Part shown: piece by piece, positions 47,212 through 56,145 of the stretch
Layout: each line of letters begins with the position of its first letter
How positions within the stretch are numbered: position 1 is the stretch's first letter
From: Escherichia phage vB_ESM-pEJ01
Sequence record: OP114734.1
DNA: 64,000 nt
Direction: 5' to 3' (one strand)
The notes under the pieces: generated by a model
Database searches by the model: none
The model's input: the letters and a program-made list of their open reading frames with translations, nothing else
What the model was told of the DNA's origin: nothing
Program-made: the position numbers and the translations under genes

Positions 47212-47642
47212 TATCCCTTCCTCAAATAAGTTCGCTCAATCTCTACCAGTTCGAAAAATTCTTGCCAATCACACGGAAAATTGCAGTTTCCGAAATGATC
47301 CTCTTTGTAAAGTTCTTTACCGGATGGCAGCTTAATATCTGTTACGCTGTAGTATCCACAACAATCGCAATCACCCTCTGTATATTCTGTTTTAGTCGGA
47401 ATATCCATCATTGCCAGATACAAAGGTACATCGTCTTGCTCAAAGTTCATGTAACCTTCATGGTCGAATGAAACAAAGTTATCATCACCACCGAAAGGGA
47501 TATAATGGTCATAATCTGTTACAGGTTGACCGTGTAATTCCCATTCTACAATTTTAACATTACCGCTAAACTTGATACCCATAATGTCAACAAGAAAATG
47601 AGTATCGTCAATGTAAATCTTACTAGGAGTTGGATAAACCAT
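47211..47642 (-). CDS. hypothetical Cys-rich protein (143 aa)
   Basis: GDCDCCGYY...GNCNFPCD. Confidence 0.4.
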   Translation of the reverse strand: MVYPTPSKIYIDDTHFLVDIMGIKFSGNVKIVEWELHGQPVTDYDHYIPFGGDDNFVSFDHEGYMNFEQDDVPLYLAMMDIPTKTEYTEGDCDCCGYYSVTDIKLPSGKELYKEDHFGNCNFPCDWQEFFELVEIERTYLRKG

Positions 47643-47652
47643 TATATAATCC

Positions 47653-47949
47653 TCATATCTCAGAGAATAGAATCTCTGTTAATCGCACTGACTGCTCTCT
47701 GAATGTTAGCGTATACTCGAAAGGAAAGTCAACACCTAATTTCAAAAGAGAATAGCCTACCGCCTCTTTATGCTTATCAGTTAGGGCGATCCTAACCAAT
47801 TCCCGTTGAATCTCTTTAGGCGGTGAATGGATAGTAACACGGGTATCATGTAATGTCCAGTCACCATTTCGAATTAAGATTAACGGTTTATCGTCATTGA
47901 AGATCACCGACCCCTTTCCGGTCGGTGAGTGTTTTATACTAATCATCAA
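47653..47949 (-). CDS. hypothetical protein (98 aa)
   Basis: ORF. Confidence 0.4.
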   Translation of the reverse strand: MMISIKHSPTGKGSVIFNDDKPLILIRNGDWTLHDTRVTIHSPPKEIQRELVRIALTDKHKEAVGYSLLKLGVDFPFEYTLTFREQSVRLTEILFSEI

Positions 47950-48160
47950 ATTCTAAGAAATATTCTGGAACGATATACCCGTTAAAGTCATTGCACTTAT
48001 AAAAATGTGGTGCATTTAATGCTGGATGAGCATTAGTAAAGAGTTTACCCTCTAGAAACAGAATGTAATTAATAGGTCTAATACCTACAGAATCAGGGTC
48101 TAAACCTTTTTCTTTCAGTTCAGCCAGCGTTAAAACTCGTCCAGATCGTAACTTAGCCAT
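47939..48160 (-). CDS. hypothetical protein (73 aa)
   Basis: ORF. Confidence 0.35.
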   Translation of the reverse strand: MAKLRSGRVLTLAELKEKGLDPDSVGIRPINYILFLEGKLFTNAHPALNAPHFYKCNDFNGYIVPEYFLEFDD

Positions 48161-48446
48161 GATTTACCCCTAATTCATCAAGATTATGTCGCAGCATTTC
48201 AGAGTATTTTTCTACTTCCTTGATCTTAGTGTGGATCTCCACGATCTCATCTTCACTATCAGATAGTTTAATGGCAATCGCGAGCGTGCTTTTACCAGCT
48301 TTCATAGTCTCTTTCCGTTCAACCAATAGATCCGCGTGTTTCAATAGCAATTCCTCACGTCGAACATAAGCGACGGTCAAAGCCTCATCAGCGATTTCTA
48401 AAGCATTTTCAGCGACACCAACAACCATTTTACGAGTAGACAGCAT
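48153..48446 (-). CDS. hypothetical protein (97 aa)
   Basis: ORF. Confidence 0.4.
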   Translation of the reverse strand: MLSTRKMVVGVAENALEIADEALTVAYVRREELLLKHADLLVERKETMKAGKSTLAIAIKLSDSEDEIVEIHTKIKEVEKYSEMLRHNLDELGVNHG

Positions 48447-48460
48447 AAATTCACCTCACA

Positions 48461-48769
48461 TTATTTCACGTTAACGCCGTTATCAATCCAGCCGACGCTA
48501 TTTGGTTTAACAGTTTTACCATAGGATGCATACTTAATCAAGCATGGTTTAACATTGTTATCAAATCTTCCTAAGCGTACTCCCAAATCAGGAATATCCA
48601 TGTATGCGGCTTTATATCCCCATGTACCGTATTCAGAATCAATCTCAACCGGACGGCCTTTAAAAGCATACACTACACCGTGACGGTCAACGATAACATA
48701 GCGATAGCCAGCCGGAAGATACACAGTTTCGCCGTAAACTTTAACTGGAGTAGCAGAAGAGATAAACAT
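48461..48769 (-). CDS. hypothetical protein (102 aa)
   Basis: Track start 48805 lies in promoter -10; ATG MFISSATP preceded by conserved leader and GAGGA. Confidence 0.45.
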   Translation of the reverse strand: MFISSATPVKVYGETVYLPAGYRYVIVDRHGVVYAFKGRPVEIDSEYGTWGYKAAYMDIPDLGVRLGRFDNNVKPCLIKYASYGKTVKPNSVGWIDNGVNVK

Positions 48770-48803
48770 AATATAATCCTCACATCGTTCATTTGATGCG
48801 GTC

Positions 48804-48832
48804 ATTATATGATAACCGCATTTTCATGTCAA
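48804..48832 (-). promoter_or_regulatory. early-type promoter (-35 TTGACA, 17 nt, -10 TATAAT)
   Basis: Minus strand TTGACA 48832..48827, TATAAT 48809..48804. Confidence 0.5.
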
Positions 48833-48839
48833 CAGTTTT

Positions 48840-49148
48840 TTAAAAATCTTCTTCCGGTTTATATCGACCGTCATCGACTGGTTTTGGACTGAATCCTTTA
48901 TGCGTGCGCGGCTTCGCTTCCGGTTTACCAGCAATCATCAAACCAAAACATTTCATTCCCTTATAACACATAACAATATCAACCACGGTCCACGTTATAG
49001 GCCATACGATTGCAGCAATACAAAATGCTCCTGTATCGACCTCTTTGGTGTCCTTGTCGAATCTGGCGTACAAGCAGAATACTAGATACGAGATCATTGC
49101 ACCAGTAGTCCAGATATAAAGCACATTAACAATATCTTGTGTTGTCAC
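48840..49148 (-). CDS. hypothetical membrane protein (GTG start)
   Basis: GGAGGA 5 nt before GTG at 49148; two TM helices; track ORF 48840..49262 overlaps upstream gene. Confidence 0.4.
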   Translation of the reverse strand: MTTQDIVNVLYIWTTGAMISYLVFCLYARFDKDTKEVDTGAFCIAAIVWPITWTVVDIVMCYKGMKCFGLMIAGKPEAKPRTHKGFSPKPVDDGRYKPEEDF

Positions 49149-49158
49149 ATTATCCTCC

Positions 49159-49437
49159 TTACATGTCTTGCAGTGCATAAAAGCATTTTTCTTCATAGTC
49201 ATAGAAAATGTCAAAGTATGCTTTTTCCACATACTCGCCATTAATCCAAGCGGCAGTAACAATCAGAGTGGTCCAGGTAGATCCGCTCTCAACGGTAAAG
49301 GTTTTAATACCCAGCTTCGCTGCCAAGTCGAACGCAAACCGGACGCAACCACGACAGGAAGTGATGTTGGAAGTTTTGATTTTAAAGCCACCGCGAGTTT
49401 TAGAAATTTCTACTTTAGCGAAAGACAGGTTGCTCAT
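49159..49437 (-). CDS. hypothetical protein (92 aa)
   Basis: AAGGAG RBS; downstream of promoter 49480..49508. Confidence 0.45.
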   Translation of the reverse strand: MSNLSFAKVEISKTRGGFKIKTSNITSCRGCVRFAFDLAAKLGIKTFTVESGSTWTTLIVTAAWINGEYVEKAYFDIFYDYEEKCFYALQDM

Positions 49438-49479
49438 TTTGATTCTCCTTAAGAAAGTGTGTTTCGTTTTGATGTGTGT

Positions 49480-49508
49480 AGTATAGGGGATACGTGATCC
49501 CCTGTCAA
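49480..49508 (-). promoter_or_regulatory. promoter cassette; spacer is a perfect GGGGATCACGTATCCCC hairpin
   Basis: TTGACA 49508..49503, 17 nt, TATACT 49485..49480. Confidence 0.55.
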
Positions 49509-49516
49509 CAATTTTT

Positions 49517-49846
49517 TTATGATTTTAGTGAATTAACCACTACATCAAAATGATGTACAGAGCACACCTTACGAAACACATATTCATCATGTTTCGGAAT
49601 CGCCCCCAACCGCTTTATTTCGCTCGCTGACACGATAAACCGTTTATCAGGTGCATTTACCTTATATGCTTCAACAACGCACGGAAAACGCGTTTTAGAG
49701 AGTTCGGGATAGTTTTCTGACTCCATCAGGACAATGAATACCCTATTACATTGATTGTAGAATCCGGTTTTTGATTTCATCAAGTTTTCTTCTCTGTGAA
49801 ATTCGTGCAATCTTCCTTTCATGATTTCGTTGGTTCCTGTCTTCAT
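49517..49846 (-). CDS. hypothetical protein (start uncertain)
   Basis: ORF overlapping 49746..50087 at its 5' end. Confidence 0.35.
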   Translation of the reverse strand: MKTGTNEIMKGRLHEFHREENLMKSKTGFYNQCNRVFIVLMESENYPELSKTRFPCVVEAYKVNAPDKRFIVSASEIKRLGAIPKHDEYVFRKVCSVHHFDVVVNSLKS

Positions 49847-50087
49847 AGTCTACCCACTCAACAAGATCTTTACCTAACTCGAAAGCCCATTCTCGGTCCT
49901 GCTTTACGTTTTGTAGGTATGGACTTTCCGACACTCGACGAAGTGATCCTGTCGTAACAAGAATGATCCCAGGAATGTTCGGATGTTCCTTTCCATATAC
50001 AATGGGACGCGAGTCACTATCAATACCCTGTAAGAAGGTGTATCCTGAATCACTTAGGATCATATACATTTTCATTTCATCCATCAC
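49746..50087 (-). CDS. hypothetical protein (113 aa)
   Basis: ORF. Confidence 0.4.
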   Translation of the reverse strand: MMDEMKMYMILSDSGYTFLQGIDSDSRPIVYGKEHPNIPGIILVTTGSLRRVSESPYLQNVKQDREWAFELGKDLVEWVDYEDRNQRNHERKIARISQRRKLDEIKNRILQSM

Positions 50088-50344
50088 AGTTTCCTCAACC
50101 AGTTATTAAAGCGAGTAAACCATGATGCTTTTCGTGCTTCTTTTACTTTATATGCACGCAAACCACTGAAACACCATTCATAATCATCACTGAAACATGA
50201 TTCAACAGGAACACCCGCATTTCGTAGTTCTCTGGTCTTTATCATAAAAAATCCTTGACATAAGGGGCGACCTTCAACAATGATAGGAAGTTTAACTTTT
50301 TCCATGAAAGTATACCCAGCACGGTCAATAATTTCAATCTTCAT
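50084..50344 (-). CDS. hypothetical protein (86 aa)
   Basis: ORF. Confidence 0.4.
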   Translation of the reverse strand: MKIEIIDRAGYTFMEKVKLPIIVEGRPLCQGFFMIKTRELRNAGVPVESCFSDDYEWCFSGLRAYKVKEARKASWFTRFNNWLRKL

Positions 50345-50588
50345 TTACATTATCTCCATAGATCTTTCCAGCAATATCAATTTCACCAGCGCGAACATCT
50401 AGGATAAGATGCGGTAGGTGTATGCAGTTTTCCCACCCCACTCGCTTCATTTCTGAAACAGTGACGTAAGCCCATCCGTTCGCTGTAATAAAGTCTACTT
50501 CAACCTTGAGAGGAAAGCAAGACTTTTCTATGTCTTCAAATCCGATAATGTGTTTTGTCGTTGAATATGGAATATATCCGGTGATCAT
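50334..50588 (-). CDS. hypothetical protein (84 aa)
   Basis: ORF. Confidence 0.4.
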   Translation of the reverse strand: MITGYIPYSTTKHIIGFEDIEKSCFPLKVEVDFITANGWAYVTVSEMKRVGWENCIHLPHLILDVRAGEIDIAGKIYGDNVNED

Positions 50589-51046
50589 TTTGTGATCTCC
50601 TTATACTCAACACACCATAAGCAGGTAGCCCATGATAAACGCTCATAACGCTGGCAGAAATCGGACCATAGATATTGTGCACCGTTCGGCATAGTTGAAA
50701 TATGCGTTTTCTCTCCAACTTTCACGAAAGAAGTATTCGATTTTGTGATCTCGACCGGAGTATATCCGAAAGCGGGTTCCAACTCAACATCTGAACTAAA
50801 TGCCAATTTAACAGAATTTGTTTTTCTGACCGCTGTCCGGTTTCCTTCTGGGTACAGCACAGCAGGTTTAGCGCCTAAGCGGATAAACTCAGTATTTTTA
50901 ATGAACAGAATATCATGATAACCGTCATATTCCGACACTTCCATAGTAACAGGAAAATCGATATGTGCTAAACCTGGTAGATCTCGCATATCATGAAATG
51001 TAGCCATAATCTTTTTCATTCTATATTCCTCACTCTTCTGTTTCAT
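50585..51046 (-). CDS. hypothetical protein (153 aa)
   Basis: ORF. Confidence 0.4.
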   Translation of the reverse strand: MKQKSEEYRMKKIMATFHDMRDLPGLAHIDFPVTMEVSEYDGYHDILFIKNTEFIRLGAKPAVLYPEGNRTAVRKTNSVKLAFSSDVELEPAFGYTPVEITKSNTSFVKVGEKTHISTMPNGAQYLWSDFCQRYERLSWATCLWCVEYKEITK

Positions 51047-51266
51047 TTCTTTTATATGGTACTATAACAGGATTAATACAGCAAGCACCAATTACGTTAT
51101 GAGCACCACAATTTAAACATTTATAGTCATGGAACTTATTAAGGAATCGACCAAACTCATAGCCGACTAACGCCGCATGTACTTGAGTCTCGATCTCATC
51201 CATATCAGCCAATGTTTTAACCTTCATAATATAATCCTCAAATTGTAGTTTTGCGAAGATGGTCAT
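51030..51266 (-). CDS. hypothetical Cys-containing protein (78 aa)
   Basis: ORF with CLNCGAHNVIGACC. Confidence 0.4.
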   Translation of the reverse strand: MTIFAKLQFEDYIMKVKTLADMDEIETQVHAALVGYEFGRFLNKFHDYKCLNCGAHNVIGACCINPVIVPYKRNETEE

Positions 51267-51528
51267 TACATGCTTTTAATGCATCGGTCGCGGTGTCATA
51301 GCGAGTATTATCATAGCACCAATAACCATCTGTCAACTGATAAATTAATCCATCCTTTTTAGCTTCGATGAAAGACAATTCTTTGAAAGTTTCTACTTTC
51401 TTTGCTGATACTCCACGGTCACGGCGCTTATAGAGTTTAGCCAAAATGCGTTCAGCTTGTTCCTCTTTATCGCCAGACAGATCCCAGATGATGTTTCTGA
51501 TATGCTTGATTAATTGTTCAGTGGTCAT
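51238..51528 (-). CDS. hypothetical protein (96 aa)
   Basis: ORF downstream of promoter 51558..51585. Confidence 0.4.
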   Translation of the reverse strand: MTTEQLIKHIRNIIWDLSGDKEEQAERILAKLYKRRDRGVSAKKVETFKELSFIEAKKDGLIYQLTDGYWCYDNTRYDTATDALKACNDHLRKTTI

Positions 51529-51557
51529 ATTTGATTATCCTTAGTTGGTATGCGTGC

Positions 51558-51585
51558 ATTATAGCATTGTGATTATCTTTGTCAA
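51558..51585 (-). promoter_or_regulatory. early-type promoter (-35 TTGACA, 16 nt, -10 TATAAT)
   Basis: Follows terminator 51590..51624. Confidence 0.5.
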
Positions 51586-51589
51586 CACC

Positions 51590-51624
51590 CAAAAACAAAA
51601 AAGGCTACCCCGAAGGATAGCCCA
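51590..51624 (-). terminator. rho-independent terminator after glycine-rich gene
   Basis: GGGCTATCC-ttcg-GGGTAGCC hairpin followed by TTTTTTGTTTTT. Confidence 0.6.
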
Positions 51625-51629
51625 TAAAA

Positions 51630-52406
51630 TTACACGCGAGCACCGTAGATCGTGCCTACTTTATCCCAGCGTGGAGCATTACCAGTAACAGCCTTACCAG
51701 CAGCACCGCCGTTATATTCTGTACCGTTACCTTGAGTATTACATCTTCCTCCAGCAGCACCGACATTACCACCCGAACCGCCTGTATATGCACTAAGAGA
51801 CCCCTCACCAACAGATCCTTTACCAGGAGCGGAAATAGTACCAGCAGTTGCACCGGAACTCATATGAGAGGAAGACCCACCAGCACCGAATGGGCGACCA
51901 CCGCCGCCGCCAAATACTAGTCGACCCCTGTTACCGCCGCCACCGCCGCCACCGCCGCCAGCGATAGCACCGTTATTTGTAATTCGTAGACGTGTACCGA
52001 TAGCGTTATTGATTGCGTTTCCACCAGCAGCGCCAGCAGCGTTACTACCACCATTACCCCCACGTCCGTAGACAGTCACATCGGAGTTGATGATCAGTGT
52101 TACATACTCGTTTGTTAACGAGCTAGGGAAGTCAAGACAAGGAACGCCAGTAGATTGGGAAACAATATTACCTGTGATAGTAATTACTACAGGAGTAGAT
52201 CCTTGTGCTTTCATCCAGTTAATAAGAGTGTCTTTATTGTAAGAGTTACTAGCACCAATGCTATAATGAATCTCTTTAGAGCGTCCGACCATTGCCGACA
52301 TATACGCCGGACGACCTAAGCGTACAGCTTGCATTGCGGCGCTCATCCACCGTTGACCAGTCTCGGACACAGCAGATGATCCTACCCATCCAGAAGATAT
52401 TGCCAT
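51630..52406 (-). CDS. glycine-rich protein (258 aa), function unknown
   Basis: C-terminal 150 aa ~45% Gly with G9 and G5 runs; N-terminal ~110 aa ordinary. Confidence 0.5.
   Translation of the reverse strand: MAISSGWVGSSAVSETGQRWMSAAMQAVRLGRPAYMSAMVGRSKEIHYSIGASNSYNKDTLINWMKAQGSTPVVITITGNIVSQSTGVPCLDFPSSLTNEYVTLIINSDVTVYGRGGNGGSNAAGAAGGNAINNAIGTRLRITNNGAIAGGGGGGGGGNRGRLVFGGGGGRPFGAGGSSSHMSSGATAGTISAPGKGSVGEGSLSAYTGGSGGNVGAAGGRCNTQGNGTEYNGGAAGKAVTGNAPRWDKVGTIYGARV
51890..51962 (-). repeat. (GGC/GGT)n trinucleotide tract encoding poly-Gly
   Basis: Plus strand ccgccgccaccgccgccaccgccgcca and neighbouring ccgccgccgcc. Confidence 0.7.
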
Positions 52407-52460
52407 AAAATTTCCTCACAAGAAAAGCCCCATTTAAGGGGCATTGATTGATAATATTAC

Positions 52461-52682
52461 TTAGATGATCTCTGCTTCACCATTCAGGAAGAAAGACCAT
52501 GTTTTGTTAGGATAGCGAAGCGCCCATGATTCAGCGGTTTTAACACCAGCTTCGAACAATTGACGGCTGGTTACTTTCGCCATACCATCTTCAATGTCAA
52601 CGTTTTCAATAATCATCGGGTACTTAGCGCCACGCATGAAACCGAAGCCAGCGGAAGATTTGATAATTTTAACAGTTGCCAT
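52461..52682 (-). CDS. hypothetical protein (73 aa)
   Basis: Start set at MATVKII (ATG 52682) downstream of promoter 52723..52751. Confidence 0.4.
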   Translation of the reverse strand: MATVKIIKSSAGFGFMRGAKYPMIIENVDIEDGMAKVTSRQLFEAGVKTAESWALRYPNKTWSFFLNGEAEII

Positions 52683-52722
52683 TTTGATTCTCCTAGAAAG
52701 TGTATCTCGTTTCGATGGGTAT

Positions 52723-52751
52723 ATTATGCAATAACACCGGATCGCTGTCAA
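52723..52751 (-). promoter_or_regulatory. early-type promoter (-35 TTGACA, 17 nt, -10 CATAAT)
   Basis: Minus strand TTGACA 52751..52746. Confidence 0.5.
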
Positions 52752-52771
52752 CACTTTCTAAGAAAAAATTT

Positions 52772-53056
52772 TTAAACTAATCGAATATAGCCCAGAATTT
52801 CAGCACCTTTAGCCAAACCTAAAACTTCCCATTCAAGGTCGCCGTATTCGTAATTTGCAACCATCAACTGACCATTTTTCATGCAGCATTCATGAGAGAA
52901 AATTTGCCCCGCATAAACCACGATAGTAATAAACTTTCCTGATTCTGGAGGTATGGAAGACAAAGCGACCATATGACCATTCAGCTTAGTCACCAGTGAT
53001 GGAACAATAAAATTCGGGCTTACCTGAATACCTTTAAATTCGTTTGTGTCTTTCAT
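52772..53056 (-). CDS. hypothetical protein (94 aa)
   Basis: ORF. Confidence 0.4.
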   Translation of the reverse strand: MKDTNEFKGIQVSPNFIVPSLVTKLNGHMVALSSIPPESGKFITIVVYAGQIFSHECCMKNGQLMVANYEYGDLEWEVLGLAKGAEILGYIRLV

Positions 53057-53403
53057 GCCAGACCTCGCAAAACACTAATAGCATAATCATGCTGGTTATT
53101 CATAATATCAATTGCATTGTGATAACGAGCTAAACCATCAAGGATAAATTCTTGTTTATCCTGTTTCAGTTTGGTATCACGCGCAGCCATAAGAGCATCA
53201 AGAACAGGTCCAAAGTGATTATCTAATTCATCTTCGGTTGCAATGTTTCCTATTGCCTCGTCGATCCGTGATTCTAATGCTTGCTTTTCGTTGATCACTT
53301 GCTGGGTATATTCCAACACATCAAGAATATCGCGGGTAACGTCGCCATGATAAGGTATTCCCGCATGAAGATGATCAATTAATCGCTGAATATCAATGTT
53401 CAT
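53053..53403 (-). CDS. hypothetical protein (116 aa)
   Basis: ORF. Confidence 0.4.
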   Translation of the reverse strand: MNIDIQRLIDHLHAGIPYHGDVTRDILDVLEYTQQVINEKQALESRIDEAIGNIATEDELDNHFGPVLDALMAARDTKLKQDKQEFILDGLARYHNAIDIMNNQHDYAISVLRGLA

Positions 53404-53738
53404 TTGTAACCCTCCTCTGAAAGCACATCCCAGATCGTTGAGTCAAGGTGCATTAAATTCCACATAATAGAGTCATAACTACCGAAGCCAGAAGTAAAAA
53501 TTACATCACACTGGCGATAGGTCTTATGAAAATCGGTGGCTGTCTCTGCATCAATCGGCATATCGTCACCTGAAAGCACCAGACATTTAAGAATCATAAC
53601 TCTGTTAGCCGTTGGCGCTTGCTTAGTCTTTTCAGCATATTTTTCGATGATCTGTTTTGCCTTTTCTTCTTTGATACGTCCAGACCAAATCCGGTTTCGG
53701 TATTGATTCATAATAATTTCAATCACATCATTTTGCAT
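53400..53738 (-). CDS. hypothetical protein (112 aa)
   Basis: ORF. Confidence 0.4.
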   Translation of the reverse strand: MQNDVIEIIMNQYRNRIWSGRIKEEKAKQIIEKYAEKTKQAPTANRVMILKCLVLSGDDMPIDAETATDFHKTYRQCDVIFTSGFGSYDSIMWNLMHLDSTIWDVLSEEGYK

Positions 53739-53937
53739 TCTTCACGGTCTCCATAATTGTTTTGTAAGCCAGCTTAAGATGATCACCGAAAAACTTTGCA
53801 GTGTTACCCTTCGGATCGCGGAGCATGGTTTCTACGATCTCATCGGCAGTAACAATTTCTCCTTTCTTTGCTGCATGTTCTACCATATACTTCAAAGTTT
53901 CTTCGGAGGCAAGTGCTGCGGCCACTGGATTAATCAT
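53728..53937 (-). CDS. hypothetical protein (69 aa)
   Basis: AAGGAG RBS; first gene after promoter 53967..53995. Confidence 0.4.
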   Translation of the reverse strand: MINPVAAALASEETLKYMVEHAAKKGEIVTADEIVETMLRDPKGNTAKFFGDHLKLAYKTIMETVKNAK

Positions 53938-53966
53938 TTTGATTCTCCTTTGTTGTCGATGTGTGC

Positions 53967-53995
53967 ATTATGCTATACCCTATTCCGGTTGTCAA
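53967..53995 (-). promoter_or_regulatory. early-type promoter (-35 TTGACA, 17 nt, -10 CATAAT)
   Basis: Conserved leader CACACATCGACAACAAAGGAG follows. Confidence 0.5.
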
Positions 53996-54000
53996 CACCT

Positions 54001-54031
54001 AAAAACGAAAAAGCCACCCTTTCGGATGGCT
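54001..54031 (-). terminator. rho-independent terminator
   Basis: GCCATCC-gaaa-GGGTGGC hairpin followed by TTTTTCGTTTTT. Confidence 0.6.
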
Positions 54032-54264
54032 TTTGATTATATTTTATTCACGTCCATTTGTATAGTAGTGTTTGAATCGACCTTTGCTAAACTAGTTAAA
54101 CATAGTAACCAATTCACCATCCCTTTCCAATGATAACCCTTCCTCGTCTTAGACGGGTCTTCCGATTCGGCAGTAATTGAACACGCGAAAGTATGAGGAA
54201 GCCAAATAGTTGTGTTAATGCTAGTATTCTTTTACTTCTGGTATGCATCCCACGGTGACTAACA

Positions 54265-54663
54265 TTAAGACAGTCGAGTGAGTTTATAAATTGTTTTAAA
54301 ACATAGAGCTTTGATATCGTCTAAAACGCTCTGTAACGAGCTATCAACATCATTATAAATCTCACTAGCCATTTGCGTTAACTCTTGCAAATAGGCAATT
54401 TCGCTAATCTCCTTGCGGACGACCAACGTTGGCTGATAACGACCAGTGATCCCAATATTGGTTTCAGTGAAATCATCAACCAATTCTTGCATTTCAAGAT
54501 AGAACTCTTCTAGAGCCTTATGTTTTGCATAAGATCCAGGACCAGTTACCCCAAAATGCGCAGAATGCATATAAGTAACACTCATCAGACATTCACCGAT
54601 AAAGCGGTCAACTTTATTATCTTTTCCCTCTTCGGACGTCTTTCGAAAATCACTGAATTTCAT
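54265..54663 (-). CDS. hypothetical protein, possibly ferritin/Dps-like four-helix bundle
   Basis: Start at MKFSDF (GGAG RBS); segment HSAHFGVTGPGSYAKHKALEEFYLEMQELVDDF loosely resembles Dps HW..G..F...H..LEE motif. Confidence 0.3.
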   Translation of the reverse strand: MKFSDFRKTSEEGKDNKVDRFIGECLMSVTYMHSAHFGVTGPGSYAKHKALEEFYLEMQELVDDFTETNIGITGRYQPTLVVRKEISEIAYLQELTQMASEIYNDVDSSLQSVLDDIKALCFKTIYKLTRLS

Positions 54664-54952
54664 GTTCTCGATTCTCCATATTATGCAACATAACAAACTG
54701 TTGTGCGGCATATTCCCCCATAATAAAACACTGCTTAGAATCCATACATTTACTACGAGCATACATCTTCATAATATGGGCATGAAATTTCTGGCTGGTT
54801 TCAATGGAAGGAGATATTTTGTTTACATATACTATCATTGCACCGTCGAAATAATCAGTAAAGTCACCAGTTGGATCATATTGATCAGCACTGACACTTC
54901 CGACCGCAGTCAAGCATATTGCCGCTGTTAGAGTTTTACGAATAAATGACAT
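54650..54952 (-). CDS. secreted/periplasmic hypothetical protein
   Basis: N-terminal signal peptide MSFIRKTLTAAICLTAVGSVSA. Confidence 0.45.
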   Translation of the reverse strand: MSFIRKTLTAAICLTAVGSVSADQYDPTGDFTDYFDGAMIVYVNKISPSIETSQKFHAHIMKMYARSKCMDSKQCFIMGEYAAQQFVMLHNMENREHEIQ

Positions 54953-55020
54953 AAGTCATTCCCCCAGATTAAAAATATTCAGTTATATTTATAATCTGGG
55001 GCTTTATTTATGATTAACTC

Positions 55021-55617
55021 TTATTTGGTAGTACCGTCAATAAAATGTTTACGGCACACAGAGACATATTTATCCTCTGCACCAACTTCTATTTGAGCAC
55101 CATCGCGAATAACATTACCCTCTTTATCTACACGAAGGACCATTGTTGCTTTCTTGCCACAATGACAAATACCCTTCATTTCGACCAGTTTATCAGCAAA
55201 TGCCATTAATGCCGCAGATCCTTCAAATAGATTGCCCTGAAAGTCGGTGCGAAGGCCATAGCACAGTACAGGGATATTTGCATCATCGACAAGCGCACAC
55301 AAGCCTAAAACATGCTCTTTAGTCATAAATTGGGCTTCATCTACAAATACAGCATCAGGACGCCATCGATCCGGTCTACGCTTACCTAACGATTCACGAT
55401 AAACCAAATCGAAAAGATCATCCGATTCAGTGAAGGTGATCGCTGGAGCACTTAGGCCAATTCGGGAAACAACTTCACTTTCTGAATCTCGATTATCAAT
55501 CGCTGGCTTAAGAATTAATACTCGCATATCACGTTCGGTATAGTTATAAGCACTTTGTAACAGAGAAGTTGATTTGCCAGCGTTCATAGATGCATAGTAG
55601 AAATATAGTTGCGCCAT
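55021..55617 (-). CDS. tk: thymidine kinase
   Basis: Walker A ASMNAGKST, DEAQF, C-terminal zinc ribbon CHCG...CRKH. Confidence 0.85.
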   Translation of the reverse strand: MAQLYFYYASMNAGKSTSLLQSAYNYTERDMRVLILKPAIDNRDSESEVVSRIGLSAPAITFTESDDLFDLVYRESLGKRRPDRWRPDAVFVDEAQFMTKEHVLGLCALVDDANIPVLCYGLRTDFQGNLFEGSAALMAFADKLVEMKGICHCGKKATMVLRVDKEGNVIRDGAQIEVGAEDKYVSVCRKHFIDGTTK

Positions 55618-55910
55618 TAATTAATCTCCAAAAATCCAGCAAGACCTAAACCGATATAAGTCCAGATACAAAGGAAAAAGAAGCAAACACCCATAGCAAA
55701 GATAAATCCGCGTAGTGTCTTTGGATAACCTACCCAATATTCCCGACCATCTTCTAACCGGATCAGCTTATTTCCTTGAGAGTCCATATCAATTACAACA
55801 TGTTTATTTCTGGATTGTAACAGATATTGCTTGACAATCTCAATACCCGCCACAATAACAATAACGAAATTGAAAGTCCACATAACAAGATTAATGATAG
55901 TCTCAAGCAT
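55617..55910 (-). CDS. hypothetical membrane protein
   Basis: Two TM helices. Confidence 0.4.
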   Translation of the reverse strand: MLETIINLVMWTFNFVIVIVAGIEIVKQYLLQSRNKHVVIDMDSQGNKLIRLEDGREYWVGYPKTLRGFIFAMGVCFFFLCIWTYIGLGLAGFLEIN

Positions 55911-56145
55911 TTTCTATCACCTCCACCCAATCAGGTGTTTCCTGAAAGACTCCTTCGCCTTCATGATGGTCGCAACCTTTATTGCTACAATACATCCACC
56001 AATCCCACATTCCCCACGGTAAACGCTGCATATCGTCGTTACAGCAAGTGAAGATGATAGGCCAACCACATCTAACACATCGGCAGTTTTCTTTCATGTG
56101 AGCGGTATTAGGCTTCTTCATAGATGACTCCAATATAATCGACAT
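55903..56145 (-). CDS. hypothetical Cys-rich (zinc-binding) protein
   Basis: CRCVRCG...CC...C..GC. Confidence 0.4.
   Translation of the reverse strand: MSIILESSMKKPNTAHMKENCRCVRCGWPIIFTCCNDDMQRLPWGMWDWWMYCSNKGCDHHEGEGVFQETPDWVEVIENA

Noticed and set aside
54040-54264. tRNA gene in the ORF-free region near 54.1 kb
   Set aside because: Sequences resembling a T-loop (GGTCGATTCAAAC) lack a matching T-stem, D-arm and acceptor stem; no cloverleaf could be drawn.
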